Notes: generated by a model not told the origin, from the sequence alone. A DNA stretch of 64,000 bases from Lytechinus pictus (GCF_037042905.1 NC_087250.1:23872001-23936000), one strand, 5' to 3'; counted from the stretch's first letter, positions 13,867 through 28,468 are shown. Translations and numbers: made by a program.

Positions 13867-14295
13867 TTAAATTTCTTTAACCATCATTTTGGGTGGCCCA
13901 ACATTGACGTTGGAGGCCAGAAAAAAAAGGAAATCCTTAAATTTCTAACATATTAAAATAAACTCTACTGCAACTTGTAAACAATAACTTTGTTTTAGAT
14001 TTCTTTCATCGACACACGACAAACAAAAATAGGCAGACTGTCTAGAGGCTACACGTGGAGTAGCAAACTAATATCTTTGGGTGAATGTCCGGCATTGCTG
14101 TAGGTAAACCGTGAGCTCTGCTATTAGGCCGTGGGCCGAACGATCAAAAGTGCTTTAGTTTTTAACTTTTGCTTCAGTTGACCTTGAGGTATTTTTGATA
14201 TATTGAAAAAACAAAGAAAACTACATTGATTGGGAAATGGCTTGTTCCCTCAGTCAACTCGCTGCAGTTAGCGAAATATGTAATTTAGAACTCTG

Positions 14296-15323
14296 GGGCC
14301 CGTTTCTCAACACCGTCATAAGTCTAACTTCTTGACTAAATCGGAGATAGTGAGCTACTTGTCCACTAACCGTTTCACGAAGCCCTCTTTACCAAGATCG
14401 GGTACAACAACCTCACTAAATATTTATGACACCTCCGATCCTGTCATAACTTCTTTCTTAATGACGTAGTGGCATCACGTGGGTAGACTATGACAAGCAA
14501 AAGTGCCTAGAGATTTGAAAATAATAATCTTAGGTAATCAATCATAGAGTTTGAAATTACATCACAAAAACGAGTGGGATAATGCATTCAATGATAATTC
14601 TAATAAAAACAAACTATAAAAACTGTTTGTAAAACGCCACAAAACCATTCAGTTTGAAATAGTAAAATGATTTGATCGATAAAGATTCTACAACGTCAGG
14701 CCATCCATAACTGGACTCGTATTTGTCATTTTCAGACCCCTATTAACATTTGGATAAATTCTATCTCTAATTTATGCATAGAATATGTCAATCGTATGTT
14801 TCAGTTTCAAAGATTTATTTTTGTTTTTGTTAAACTATATTTTGATGATGTTTGGAATCGTAGAAGGGCGTATAATTATCATCATTTTACAAAGAAAACC
14901 GTTATAGTTTACTTTCGTAAACTATCAAAATTCGATGTCCCGGGGGTACCCATCTCAACGTCCACATGTGATTTTCTAGTCATGAAATGATTTATTCATA
15001 ATTTAATTTTCTCAGCAATTGAGTGCTCCAATATTCATGGTCTATGTATGTATGATGCATAATTTACATGTGCTATTATTTTAAAAAGATGTATTTCCCA
15101 ATTCATCACAATATTTGCAAATTTGTCATAATTTTTCTTTTTTAATATTATGCTATTTTGTGACTAAGGCTACGTCTCGTCTGCTCTTTTTACCGATAGT
15201 ATCGATATCAAGGTATTCTAGTTAGGAAGCCTTTCGAGAAGCAGGTTTAGTAAGATTGGAACTATCTCCGTGGTTGGTGGATAAAGATATGACTAACTTG
15301 TCCAGGTGTTGAGAAACGGGCCC
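14296..15323. mobile_element. PIF/Harbinger-like non-autonomous element
   Basis: Perfect TIR GGGCCCGTTTCTCAACACC / GGTGTTGAGAAACGGGCCC; flanks CTG / CAG. Confidence 0.8.
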
Positions 15324-16905
15324 CAGGTTTCATCATGCAGCCCAATTATTGTATGAGCTGCACATCTAGCTGTACGCACTGCAATAGCAAGTGGGGAAAT
15401 GCAAGCGGCACAGTCGAACTACGAGTCGAGTTTGGTCAGTATTAAACAGTATTGTTATTTTTACACCCACTATAACATATTTCTGAAGATCTCTGTGGAT
15501 GTCAATCACCTACCTTTAGTTGTAAAAAAAAAAGGGGGGGCTCAGGCCACTGGCCAGCTTTGCCCCCCCCCCCCCCCTGGATCCACCAGTGAGTTCAATG
15601 TTTTGAATTCAAATTTGACAAGCCCCCAAAAAAGGTCTTTAACACAAAATTGGAGGTCGTTTCATACTAATTTTTTTTAGAGGGAGAGGGGTAGGGTTGA
15701 GGGGTTGGTTAAAAAAATTAAGGGGGGTTGAACCACCTGTAATCCCCCCCCCCCTCCCTGTGTACGCGACTGCCATGCGGTGAATTAAACAACAAATGGT
15801 GATTAGAGCGTATCGAAGCGGCAGAAAAAATAATCGCCCGGCATTCACCGCGTGACAGAAAGCTTCTTTTTTTTAATCAGAATTAAACTGAATTATTTAT
15901 TCGTTAAAATTATCTTGATATTTCTTTTTAAAGCAGGTAAAATTGTTTTTAAGTATTTCTTTTTGTTTTAAAATCATATTCATTCCTTCCTCATTATATG
16001 TAACATGTGAAAAAGATGAATAACATGAAATCATTTACATTATTGAATCAGAATTCAAAATAAAAAAATTGTAAATTTATAATTCTAAGTATAAAATTAG
16101 AATCCATCTGTAAATATTTAGTCGATAATTCATAATCACAAGGGGAACAATAATACAGACTAAAATTATAATATATTGATAAATATGATTTTGTTCATTT
16201 TTAGTATTAAATCAAAATAATTTGAGAAAGTTATATGAAAAAAACACTCTCAGTCTCAGTCATGTTTTACCCCCCCCCCTCCAATAAACAAAGCATACAA
16301 AAATGAAAAGAAGGAGAAAGAGAGAATATATATATATAACACACGACAAAATAAAAATAGATATGAAATAAATATTTTTTTCATAAATAAAGATCTATTT
16401 TTTTCCAAATTAAAATGAAAAAATTGTTTTGAATTATATGCCTAAATCACAATTCAATTCAATCAACTCGACTTGCGAAAGTTTTCATCTCTACTTGCTA
16501 TGTCATGATCATGGCTATGCATATTCATTAAACTATGTTGTGAAGGCAGTGACGACATCTTATAAATATTCATATGCGCAAAACTTTCTTTCACATTACC
16601 TCAAACATGGCAATCTCGCGATTGGGACAAAACACCGAAAACTGACGCTCTTTTGAACTTTGTCTTTGAAAAAAATTGAAGGATTCCATGAATTTCTCAT
16701 CATTTCAAAGATAACCTTGTTCTGGGACAGTTTGTTTAGGTAAGATTGATTATGACCATCGGTTTTTATATCACATAATGCCAAACATAGCAAAGTTTTG
16801 TACTATATAATGAGTGGTTGCATTCAGGACCTCGACACAGTCTGATTACTTGTCGAGGTCCCCGGGGCCGGGGCAAGTGTTCGGTATTATTAATACTACT
16901 ATTAA

Positions 16906-17500
16906 AGGGGAATCCAACCCAAATAAAAACTTGTTTTTATAATGAAAAGAAAAATCAGACAAGTTGATAGGTGAAAGTTTGTACAATATTGGACAAACAA
17001 CAAGAAAGTTATGAATTTTTAAAAGTTGTAAATATTGGTAATCACTATACCCATGGAGACTTCAAATTGGCCGCATATGGGATGTCATAGTGATGTAAGG
17101 CAAGGACTACTCTTCCATGTACTCCAATACATATTATGGCTAAAATGTCAGTTTTCCCAAAAGTTTTATTTCAAATTATATTTTTCTTTCATGAAGACAT
17201 AAAACAATATACTATCTGGGTTATATTTAGATTACTGCCCCAGGGGAATTGGTACTTAGGAGAAAACCACAAATCCCTGATAATAAAGTACATGGCCTAT
17301 GGGAAAGTTGTCCTTGCCCCTTGTCATAATTTACTGACCCAGTTGCCAATTTGAAATCTACATAGTATTAGTGATCTCAATTTTAAAGCAGCTATAACTT
17401 TTTTATTGCTGATCCGATTTCTTTCAAACTTTCACCATTTTGTTTAATTTATTTTTCTCCTTCCCAACACAACATGTTATGGCCAAGGCTGGATTCCCCT
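16906..17500. mobile_element. Kolobok-like MITE (TTAA TSD)
   Basis: TTAA|AGGGGAATCCA ... TGGATTCCCCT|TTAA. Confidence 0.8.
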
Positions 17501-17729
17501 TTAATACGGTACGTGACTGTGGTGAAGTGCAGTGCAGTGCGTGCAGCAGTGACCAGTGTGCAAGTGTATGATGATCATGATCATCCGATAATAAATTGCT
17601 TACAGCGTAAAAACAAAAATCTACATCTCAGGCCCACATCTCATTGAACTTCCGCCAGGCACCTGATATTTCATCAATTCATTATCAATTTACATGCATA
17701 TAAACTGGAATAAACACATAAAAACTCAC

Positions 17730-17809
17730 TTTTCGCGACGTCGACGCCGTAGCGTACTCTCGCCTCGATGATGTTTTCGGTTGTTTTCCCAGAATATGAG
17801 CTGCAGTAA
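17730..17809 (-). promoter_or_regulatory. Putative VHL non-coding first exon / TSS region
   Basis: CpG-rich patch ending in a minus-strand donor AAAA|GTGAGT at 17729; the VHL ATG exon begins at an acceptor, so an upstream exon is needed. Linkage is inferred. Confidence 0.5.
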
Positions 17810-18399
17810 ATGGACGACAACGAACGTAGAGGGCAGCAACACACAAGCGTCAGAGTTATCAATAGACAGAGTGGCGACACGCGCACTGAAAACAGGATAC
17901 GCGCGGTCAAAGGTCAGCCATGGGGGCTGATTAGTTCCCTCTGCGCGCACATGCAATGATTTGGCAATCATCGCTATTATCATAATTGATTTTCGACAAA
18001 CTAGCCTATAGGTTCGGAAGAAATGATAATGAATCAAATGTAATTTCTTCTCTTTGGTTTAAACTTTAGAGCTTCATGATAGATCCCCCATTTCGGTTTG
18101 TCTGGCATTTGCATTATCATTAATATTATTCAAGATGAATTCCACTTTTTTATTGAAAATTAATGTGATGAATTATAGAGACTTGATTTACTCGATGAAT
18201 GAAAAATGGAAATAAAGAGGAAAATAAGGAATATGGGAACACGAAAAATTAACAAGGTGATGCTGAAGACATAATGGACTGGAATACTCGGGGGAAGGGG
18301 GCAGCAGGGTGACCAGATTTCACAAAATGAAATACGGGACAATCGACAAAAAATCAACATAGAAGGCTACACAGTGTTACAGACTTGTGAAAAATATAA

Positions 18400-19155
18400 A
18401 GAATGGGAAGGAAGGGTGAACGAAAGAATGAAGGAGAGAAAGAAAAGATATTGAGAATAAAGAAATAAAAAATGAAGGGGAAAATGAACTAAGGAAAAAA
18501 TAAAAAAGTTAGAATAAAAGGATAAAAAAGAATAAAAGAGAATAAAAGAGAGAAAAGGGTTTCCGTCATTCTTTTAAATGAATATAGAAAGAAAGAAAAA
18601 GAAGGGAAGGGAAGATGAACAAATGTGTGAAAGACGAAATAAAGGAGAGAAAGGAAAAAGAAAGTAAGAAAAAAGAGCGGAAAGAAAGATTGAAGGAAAG
18701 ATAATTTTTTCCTTCATTCTTTGAAAGAAAGAAACAATAAAAGAAAAACAGGAATGGATCGGCAAGCTAGGGAAGGAAGGAAGAAGGATGGAAGGGAAAG
18801 AAAGAATAAGGGAAAGGAATTAGAAGGGGAAAAATAAAGAATGAAACAATTAGAGATAAAAGAGAGGGAGGAAAGAATAAAAAAAGAGAAAATAATGGAA
18901 GGAGAAAAAAAGAACGAAAAGAAAAAAGGAGAGAAATGGAGAAGGAAGCAAAGAACAGTTTAAAGAAAGAAAGAAGGAAATGATAAAAAGGAAATTTGAT
19001 AAAGAATGCAAATAAGAGAAAGAAGGAACGAAAGAAAAATAAACACACAGCGAGAGAAAGGATCATGAAAGAAAGATATAGATGGAACAAAAGTGTCAGC
19101 AGCGCGAAGGATAGAATAATGAAGAAGGATATAAAAGAAAGAAAGAGGAAAAAAT
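18400..19155 (+). repeat. Purine (GA/A)-rich low-complexity tract
   Basis: Almost exclusively A/G on the + strand. Confidence 0.85.
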
Positions 19156-19689
19156 TCAGGACTTCAATATTGTCACTCTTAATTATTATCATTGAAATCA
19201 ATATTTTTTGTTATGATCATTGTTATCGTTATAATTACCATCATCAGGGTGGCGAATATCCTGCTTTCTTTCTCTCTCTTCTTTTTTAACTAAAAAAAGT
19301 TGAGGCAGTTGTTGCCCCCCCCCTAATCATCACTATCAAAAGTATTATTTGTAATATTGAGAATGATCCAATATGTGTGGATTCTAATCAATAAATTTTG
19401 AAACTTGAAACTTTCTTTTTTTTAATAGGGGACAAAGGACCCAAGCGTTATATCAACTTTTTATCAATCGAAAAATAAGGGGTACAATTACTTAATTTCT
19501 CTTCTTTGTTTGAACTATTTTAATAAAAAGTAGGGGCGATCAACCAGTGGCGCCCGATCATCATTATCATAATATCTTGTAAATATCTGAAGAAATGTAA
19601 TCCATAGTTGTTCATATCCTATGTTTTTATTCTAAGTGAAATCATCTTGGCTCATTCTGAAATTATTATCTATATAATAAACTCTTACA

Positions 19690-19962
19690 CTCTAACACTC
19701 TATAGAAAAATTTGGTGACAAGTAAGCCATATGGGAGGGTAATTATGTGTCCATCTAACATCTGGCATTTCTTTGGGGCATTTTTATTTATCCAGTGTGA
19801 TGATTTTTTTTGCCCATTCTAAAGTAATTGCTGATTATTTTTTAACTTCACTGGACAATATGCTTCCCGCATTGGGTAAACATGGTAAAATACTTTCCAA
19901 AATAGGTTGGACACATAATTACCATCATAATGGTAAAATTTTACTCATTATTTTTTACAGTG
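19690..19962. mobile_element. Short CACT/CACTG-terminal (EnSpm-like) MITE
   Basis: (TA)CACTCTA..AGAAAAA ... TTTTTTACAGTG(TA) termini; left end degenerate. Confidence 0.45.
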
Positions 19963-22344
19963 TATTTTCGGCACTTTTTTATTTTCCTATAGTAATCGTG
20001 ATTTCACTTGATTATGAATTTGCTGATTGGCAATAGTTGTCTCATAACAAAAACGTTCTTTCCATTTCCTCTGATTGATTTAATCTGACAATTCTGGCAA
20101 ATGGTGGAAACTGTCAATAATCTTTTAGTTGTGAATACACCCCTCCCTTTATCTATCACTCTCTTTGCCCCTCTCATCTCTGGGTCTCTCTCTCTTCTGT
20201 TCTCCGATTTCCCTCTTCCTTTCTATTGTGTGGTGTAACACTGTGTAATGGAAAAAAGGAAAAAAAAGAAAAACAGAGTCTCAACTAATTAAACGCTTGT
20301 AATGTAAATTTAAGATGGAAAGCTTATAGATTTTAACAAAATCAAGGACGAATATTGAAAATGAGAGACAAAATAACTAGACTGCATAACCTCATAGGAT
20401 TTATCTGAAAGATAAAACAATAAGATATCATAAGTGATTTCCATGTAAGAAATACATTTCTCTATGCACAAGAAGGTGGATCCAAACAATACTTTGTTTG
20501 TAATATTGTGTTATGCCACTCCCTCCTTCACATCCACTAAAGCTCAACTGATTATAATCATAAATAACTTTGATTTGCGCGTGCACATCCTATATATAAG
20601 CCTATTTAGAATGACAATAAAAATGAAAATAAATTTCAATTGGAAAATCACATCTTGGTGAAAAGAATAAGGGTGAACAATTTATTTTTTCAATTTTCCC
20701 ATTTACATTATCACATGCAGTGAATTAGACATTCAGGCTGTTGAATCGATTTTAAATAAACTATATTTTGTATTAATGAATTTAAAATTTGAATAACAGA
20801 CACTATATGGAAATGCATTTTGATATAACCTAAAAAAGATGGGTATATGAAAATAAAAATGTACATCCTGCAACATAAGGTGATGACAAGGAAATTTTAT
20901 TGAAAATGTAATACAATAGTCCCAATGACATGATGCATTTGTGGAAAAAAAGGAAAATACCATAACGACAAATTTAAGAAAATAAAAAAACAATTATACA
21001 TAAAATTGATTTCAATATAAAGTTGTTCATTCTTTCAAAATTGCACAATTATTACAAAAGGGGAATGAACATATATTTTACTTAAGTTCGATCTTGCATT
21101 AGGTTCTGATTGTGTTAACATTCATTCCTTGATAAATTGTTTTAAAACATTATCAGCTGAGATATTTCATTTCATTTATTGGTTTCTGCAACACTTTTTC
21201 ATAAACACATTAACAAAGAAAACACAATAATAATATACAAATAACTGACAAGCAAAACATTGAACAAATTGCATGTTATATTAATACATATTTATATTTT
21301 TCATTTCATTTATTTCATTTCATTTATTCATTTGTCCAAAAAATTCATAATACAATAATTACAATAAATAAAACATAACATCAGAAAATACAAATGACAT
21401 AAATCTTCAAATAAACCAAATATGATTATTAGGTTGCAGGGGTTGCCCCTTTAAGCTAAGCTTGAACGCGTGGCAACCCCAAAAAACAATGATAATTATT
21501 TATTACAGTCTATGACTTATCAGAAACCACTTTTAAATGAATAAACTCTGTTCCAGGGACTCTGTTCAGCTAGTCGTTTCCAAAGTTGATGCTTAAAACT
21601 TGTAGCCACTGAAGTCATTACCTTAATTGCATGACCTTTGAAAGCACATGCAATTATGATAACAAAATTAGTGAGCAAGTACAATTACCAGCAGATAATC
21701 CATAATGTGACTATTAGACCTGTGCCATATTCGTCATCAGTCCAAGCAAGTGTTGTTGTCATAGTTATAAGGTCAAAGCATATATGTACGTTAACACATA
21801 TTGAATTAATCACACAAAGCTAACGTACTCTATGAGTGAATAAAGGTACGATCGTGAGTACTGTCAGTATAGGCCCTGAACTTGAACATAGTAATAGCTA
21901 GATGAACTCATGAAAATCACCACACACCAAACACAGGTGGGTTACATGCAGCATGGACCTACTAGGTCCATGCATGCAGCAAATCTGATATTTGTACATG
22001 TAGATGTAGATCCATTATTGCTTGTGAGGACACAGGTCAAAGCACTTTGAATCATCATTTCTTCTGTTTGCATTTATAAAGTAATCTTAATTGAATCACT
22101 GGCTGTCTTGATAGGTAAGCTCTGGACTTGGACTTTGATTTTTTTTATCTACTACGCCTAGACTAGGTCTACATCTACTATAGATCTTCACTAGACCTAG
22201 TCCAGAGTAAATAGACTCGAGCACTGCAGTTCCTTTGTTAGATTAAAAACTTTAATGTAACAACTCAACTGCATTGCATGCAGTGCTGCCTTCAGTCTTA
22301 ATATTATCTCTAGTCTTTGGGTCTAAATTAGACCTACCCAGGTA

Positions 22345-23580
22345 AAAAAACCAGTTGAAACCAGTTGAAATTTTAACTGGTTTCAACTGGAGTCAACTGG
22401 TACCAGTTGAAACCAATTGGCACAACTGGTAAACTCCCACCATGCCAGTATATTCCAGTTGAAACCCATTGTCCCAACTGGACATGCTGAAAACATACAA
22501 GTTTATTCCAGTTGAAACCAATTAACTATACTGGTATAAATTAGTACACCAGTTAATACCAGTTAAAACCAATAGGCCTTTCTGGTTTATCTACCAATAG
22601 ATTCCAGTTTAAAACCCATTAGCCAAACTGGACCATTTGATGCCAGTTGGAACCCATAGAAACCCAATAGGTGTATATACCAGTTAATGCCACCTTAAAC
22701 CCATAAACCATACTGGTATATCATTAAACCAATTGATACCAGTTAGAACCAACATGCATTACTGGTATACCTACCAGTTGATTCCAGTTAAAACCCATAA
22801 ACCAAACTGGATCAGAGTGTTCCAGTTGGAATCCATAGACCTCCCATAACCCCACTTGAAACCCATTAACCATACTGGAATATCAAACCAATGGATACCA
22901 GTTAGAACCAATATAGGCATTACTGGCATATCTACCAGCTGATTCCAGTTAAAAGCCATAAACCATACTGGAGCAGATTATACCAGTTGGAACCCATAGA
23001 CCTCCCATAACCCACTTGAAACCCATTAACCATACTGGAATTTCAAACCAATTGATACCAGTTAAACCAGCATACATTACTGGTATACTACCAGTTGATT
23101 CCAGTTAAAACCCATAAACCAAACTGGAACATATTTTACCAGTTGGAACCCATAGACCTCCCATAACCCACTTGAAACCCATTAACCATACTGGAATATC
23201 AAACCAATTGATACCAGTTAAAATCAACATATATTACTGGTATACTACCAGTTGATTCCAGTTAAAACCCATAAATCAATTAAATTGGGACATATTTTAC
23301 CAGTTGGAACCCATAGACCTCCCATAACCCACTTGAAACCCATTTACCATACTGGAATATCAAACCAATTGATACCAGTTAGAACCAATAGGCATTACCA
23401 GTATATATCTACCAGCTGATTTCAGTTAAAACCCATAAACCAAACTGGAACAGATTATACTAGTTGAAACCCATAGGCCACCCATAACCCACTTGAAACC
23501 CATTAACCATACTGGAATATCAAACCAAATGATACCAGTTAGAACCAATAGGACTTACCAGTTGATTCTAGTAAGAACCC
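22345..23580. repeat. Left subterminal array of D (~120-bp higher-order units of CCAGTT/ACTGG motifs)
   Basis: Repeated CCCATAGACCTCCCATAACCCACTTGAAACCCATTAACCATACTGGAATATCAAACCAATTGATACCAGTT blocks. Confidence 0.9.
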
Positions 23581-23657
23581 GTATATATATAATATATACA
23601 TATATATATATGTATATAAGAGGCATAGTGGTAATGCATTGTACTTATTTCCAACAG

Positions 23658-23696
<39 letters not shown>

Positions 23697-25039
23697 AGAA
23701 CTATGTTTTCATACCTTTGTTGTTTTATTTGTCGCTTCTCTTAAACTGTAACTGACTTTTGAAATATTTTTGTAATTGTTGATATCTGCAGTAATCATTC
23801 AAATTTCTTATCCGACAAGTCACTGGCTCAATATAGCTGTAACCCACTTTACATTAATATTTATATTTTTTGTACAGATCATATTACTTCAAAGTCCTCT
23901 TATCTTTGTTTTTAATTCCTTTTGAGATAATTCTTTATGATTATCATTCATGAATGTGTTTCCTATAACTATTATTATTGTTACCATCAACAAAGCGTTA
24001 CTTTTCTTTAAAAAAAGCAAGTATTATTTCATACAATCCACTCTTTAATCTACATGTATTGTTATTCATTCAACATTGGTTAAATATATATTTATGTGAA
24101 AATGTTCATTATGTTAAAGGTATATACATTTAGCCTACTCCCAACATTTGTCCGTTCCTGCTTTTGACATTACTCCCCCCCCCCTCCCTGTATACTTTTC
24201 TTTTTGTATCCCCTTTCCAATATATACATTAGTATACTTTGTTATTTTTTTGTTGCTTATTTGTTTACTGAAATTTTGCTCTGTACAAATTCATGTAATT
24301 CAGCCTTTTACCACAATAAATGCCATGCATTTATCCATCCTATACACAGCTCGATTGAGGATAAGAGGAAAAAATATCTACATAATAACTAACTTAATTA
24401 TTCTTTATGTTAATTTTAATATTTCCACCTTGAAAAGTTTCATTAAAGTATGTGGTTCGATATTACCATATAACTTAAATCGAAACATGTTATTCTCAGT
24501 GAAATTTTCTAGTTTACATTAAAAAAATTGTTATCCTAGATATTTGTTGCGAGAAAAAAATTTCTTCCTATTTAATCTCTTTTTTCTAATTTAAGTTAAA
24601 GAGGACTATTTTACACTATTTTTACAAATCATATAAAAATTAATGTATTTTTCTTTTTTTAACTCACTGATATTTTAAAAATATTTTTGAAGGTGAATAG
24701 AATAGCTATTTTTTTCTATTTATAACGCGCATATTTATTGCTAGTTTACAACCTTGCCATATTAAGCAAGGCTATCTTTATCTTTCAAAGAAAAAGAAAA
24801 TAAATAAAATAGAAATAAAGAACAAATATTAAGCTAATTCATTCTTAAACTTTCAAAGAAAAAAAAAAGCTCCAAAAGCAGAGGCAAAAATCGTCATTTC
24901 TTGACTGGTTGCCAACCAAAACCAAACAAGAAGAAATGTTTATGTTAAGAAGTTCGTATATCTATTTTAAAACCTCTTTCTTGCTTTAGACCCCCCCCCC
25001 CCCCTTCATTATTCCTGACTCAGCAGATCTTCCTTCAAT

Positions 25040-25326
25040 CACCGGGCGCGGGCGGGCCTGCGCATGCGCACTGAGTGCCACTGATCGCTATCGTCCGTAT
25101 AATTATGCAAATTAACCAGCGCCGCCAAACGCAAACCGCCAATCTAATTTGAATTTGAAAGAGCCATCTTCGCCGCGCCGTTATTTTGCACCGCACTTTT
25201 ATCGAGTGCTAGTGCGATAAAGAAGGATAAAGAAGGCCGTTTTAATAATAATTCAACCGCTGAAATCACACGGACCAGATTTGGACAATGACTTGAAAGC
25301 TAAGACATTCGCAGTAGGCTCTACAG
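25040..25326 (+). promoter_or_regulatory. CpG-rich promoter-like region and first exon inside D
   Basis: GCGCATGCGCA (NRF1-type), ATGCAAAT octamer, CCAAT, then donor CAG|GTAAGT at 25327. Confidence 0.5.
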
Positions 25327-25889
25327 GTAAGTTAACATTTTTCTATGATTTTCTTTTCGTAGTTTGTTAAATGGCGCGGCTCGCAGCTAGCTGCGGGGCT
25401 AGCTGTAACGTTAGAGTTCGTCAGGACATCCTGTTACTGCCCCTCAGCGCTGCCTGCCGGCCGCGACTAGCCGGGCGTGGATGTGTGGCTGCCATGCCGG
25501 TGCAAGTCTGCGCACATACATCATATTGACCTTACGATTTGTGTTAAGATTTAACATGAATTTCTTTTTATTTCACAAAATCTTTCAGTTGATATTGTTC
25601 CATATATTGTTATAAGTAAATGAGAGAGATATGTGATCGAATGTGAAACTGATTTTCTTGGTCTTGGAAAAAATCTGAGACTCGGCCAGTTATGATTTTC
25701 AATTTCAGATTTAACATTATGATAGTGGCCAGCGCCTCGTGTCTGCGCACCAATCACTTTACACACGATTTGAGGATTTTGATGAGATTTTGAAATGCCG
25801 AAAATCGAAATTCATTATTTTTTCCACCATTTTAAGAGTCTGATTTGTTCATGAATAGCTGTTTATCACTTTTTGACTGTGTATTTCAG

Positions 25890-26044
25890 GAGAGAGGGAG
25901 ACCCAAAACTACTGAGCCTCGAGGAGGAGATGAAGTCAGTGAACATGACCTGGGGTACCGGTAGTTTCCAGAAGAAGGCCCAGCTCAGAACCGCCAGGAG
26001 TAGAGATCCGAATACTTCGTTGCTGCCCTCCATATGAGGAGGCT
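25890..26044 (+). pseudogene. RTE-like LINE ORF C-terminal fragment bounded by splice sites
   Basis: Frameshifted RGRPKTT / EEEMKSVNMTWG..KKAQLR / FVAALH; tatttcag acceptor and GTAAGT donor. Confidence 0.55.
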
Positions 26045-26526
26045 GTAAGTTAGGTAATTCAGATGTCAAGTTTTCTTTTGGGGTCTTTGTGTATCTTCTA
26101 TTATGAGAATTATGGAAAAGAGATGGTGATTTAATGGTTTTAAAGATGTAAAATATGAAATTCTAGCACTTTTTTTAGGCCTAATATGAGTTCGGACACC
26201 CTACTTATAATTTTTTTTTGAGGAGCGCGATATTTTTGTACATGACCCAAGCCTAGTTTCACCACAGATTAATTAATAGCTACACAGCTGTTGCATTTAC
26301 AATTTTAATAACAATCTACAACAATTGAGCATTTTATAAAATTGAGTGTGTCTAGGAAAGCAAATTCGGAGGCATAAGGAGAGCCATTTATTGAGCTCCA
26401 TGGAATTATAAACATGAAGGACTGATCTCTGCGACATCGATTTCAGAAGTATTCCCAAGACCAAGTGAACTTACTCATTTTTTAAATAAATATGATGATG
26501 TGCTGTTTATCATTATAGTTGAATCA

Positions 26527-27582
26527 TTGATTCACAATCCCATGTATTTTTCTTAATGTGCAAATGGAATTTTACAACACTCTGTAGTAACCCTTGCCCG
26601 CCTTAGGTGTAGACATGTATTGCTATTCACTGTAATATAGACGTATTTTTATTCACTGTTCACTGTACTGATTATTTTTCTCTCCATTGTTTAAAAAAAA
26701 ATTCTTCAGATACATCGCATCTACCAGCAAAGAACGTGTGCCAGTACAGGGAAGGAATGTACCTGTCGCACGTGAACTCTTCAGAGGCAGTGAGGACAAC
26801 AAGATCTGCAAGCAAGTGATCCTTTTTGTAAGAAAATTTCCAATTTGTACATTTCACAATTAATTTTTTTTAAAGCCTTTGTACACATTTAGAGTATCAA
26901 GGCTTACAAAATGTAAAAATTAAATGTTTGCCCAAAAATCATTATGGGAAAGGTGGATTTCCGAGGAAAAATCAAATCTATCTTTGTTTACACAGTTGTA
27001 CGAGCAACCTTATAGGAGGCTTGTCTAGGCTCCGTGATGAAAATACAATGTAAAAATTGATTCACAATCCCATGTATTTTTCTTAAAGTGCAAATGGAAT
27101 TTTACAACACTCTGTAGTAACCCTTGCCCGCCTAAGGTGTAGACATGTATTGCTATTCACTGTAATATATACGTATTTGTTATTCGCTGTTGTTCACTGT
27201 ACTGATTATTTTTCTCTCCATTGTTTTTGAAAAAAATTCCTCAGATACATCGCATCTACCAGCAAAGAATGTGTGCCAGTAGAGGAAAGGAATGTACCTG
27301 TCGCACGTGAACTCTTCAGAGGCAGTGAGGACTAGATCTGCAAGCAAGTTATCCTTTTTGTAAGAAAATTTCCAATTTGTACATTTTACAATTAATTTTT
27401 TTTAAAGCCTTTGTACACATTTAGAGTATCAAGGCTTACAAAATGTAAAAATTTAATGTTTGCCCAAAAATCATTATGGGAAAGGTGGATTTCCGAGGGA
27501 AATCTATCTTTGTTTACACAGTTGTACGAGCAACCTTATAGGAGGCTTGTCTAGGCTCCGTGATGAAAATACAATGTAAAAA
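26527..27582 (+). repeat. ~530-bp tandem duplication (third diverged partial copy ~28805-29150)
   Basis: TTGATTCACAATCCCATGTATTTTTCTT at 26527 and 27057; near-identical bodies. Confidence 0.92.
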
Positions 27583-27881
27583 TGATAAAATTATCTTCAT
27601 GGAGTCCTCTAGGCTAGCCAGTGACATGGGCCCATGCCCATCAATTTTAATTCATGCTTTTGCATAACCAAATGGCGTGAATTTAAAACTGGAAGTATAA
27701 TTTCAGATTGACCTCCGAAATGAAACGTGCACAATTAGTCTGAACTAAAATAACATTTCCTGAATTTTTTCTTAAATCTGAAGGCTGAAGTATTTTTTTA
27801 TCTTTGAAATTAAATTGGTTCTCGTTGTTTATTACCTCTGACTTACCAGTATGTGTGGGGGTACCGTAGAAGTAGAATTAA

Positions 27882-28468
27882 AGGGATGGTCCAGGCTGGA
27901 AACATATCTCAATAAATAGAGTAAAATTCACATAGCAAAATGCTGAAAACTTGATCAAAATTTGATAACTAATTAAGGTTTTGAATTTTAAAGATTTGCA
28001 TTATTCCGGTGAAATAGTTCTAGGCATGTCTTTATGAATATTCATTAGGTTGGCTGATGATGTCATATCCCAATTGCCCTTTTGTATTTTATTATATGAG
28101 ATTAGGTTTATTAAGATATTTTTAACCAAGAACTATTGACAATTGGATTGACAACTGATTAGGTGCATTAGTTATTGACGCAACTTATTTCATTACAATG
28201 GAGACGCATCATTTACACGTGTATGAAAAAATCAAACATTTATGATTTCATCTAGTAACATAAAAAAAAGGAAAGTGGAGATGTGACATCAGCCCACCTA
28301 ATGAATATTCATGACAAAGTGCATACAACTGTTTTCACAAAATATTGATAAACTTTAAAATTCAATAACTTCTTGTTATCCTATTTTGATGAAATTTTCA
28401 TCATTTTGCTCTGTGAATTTTACTCAAGTATTATTTAGATGTAAATATTTTCGGCCCGGACCATCCCT
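27882..28468. mobile_element. Kolobok-like MITE nested in D
   Basis: TTAA|AGGGATGGTCC ... GGACCATCCCT|TTAA. Confidence 0.8.

Noticed and set aside
18574..19289. Phe/Leu- or Lys/Arg-rich ORFs
   Set aside because: Artefacts of the GA-rich low-complexity tract.
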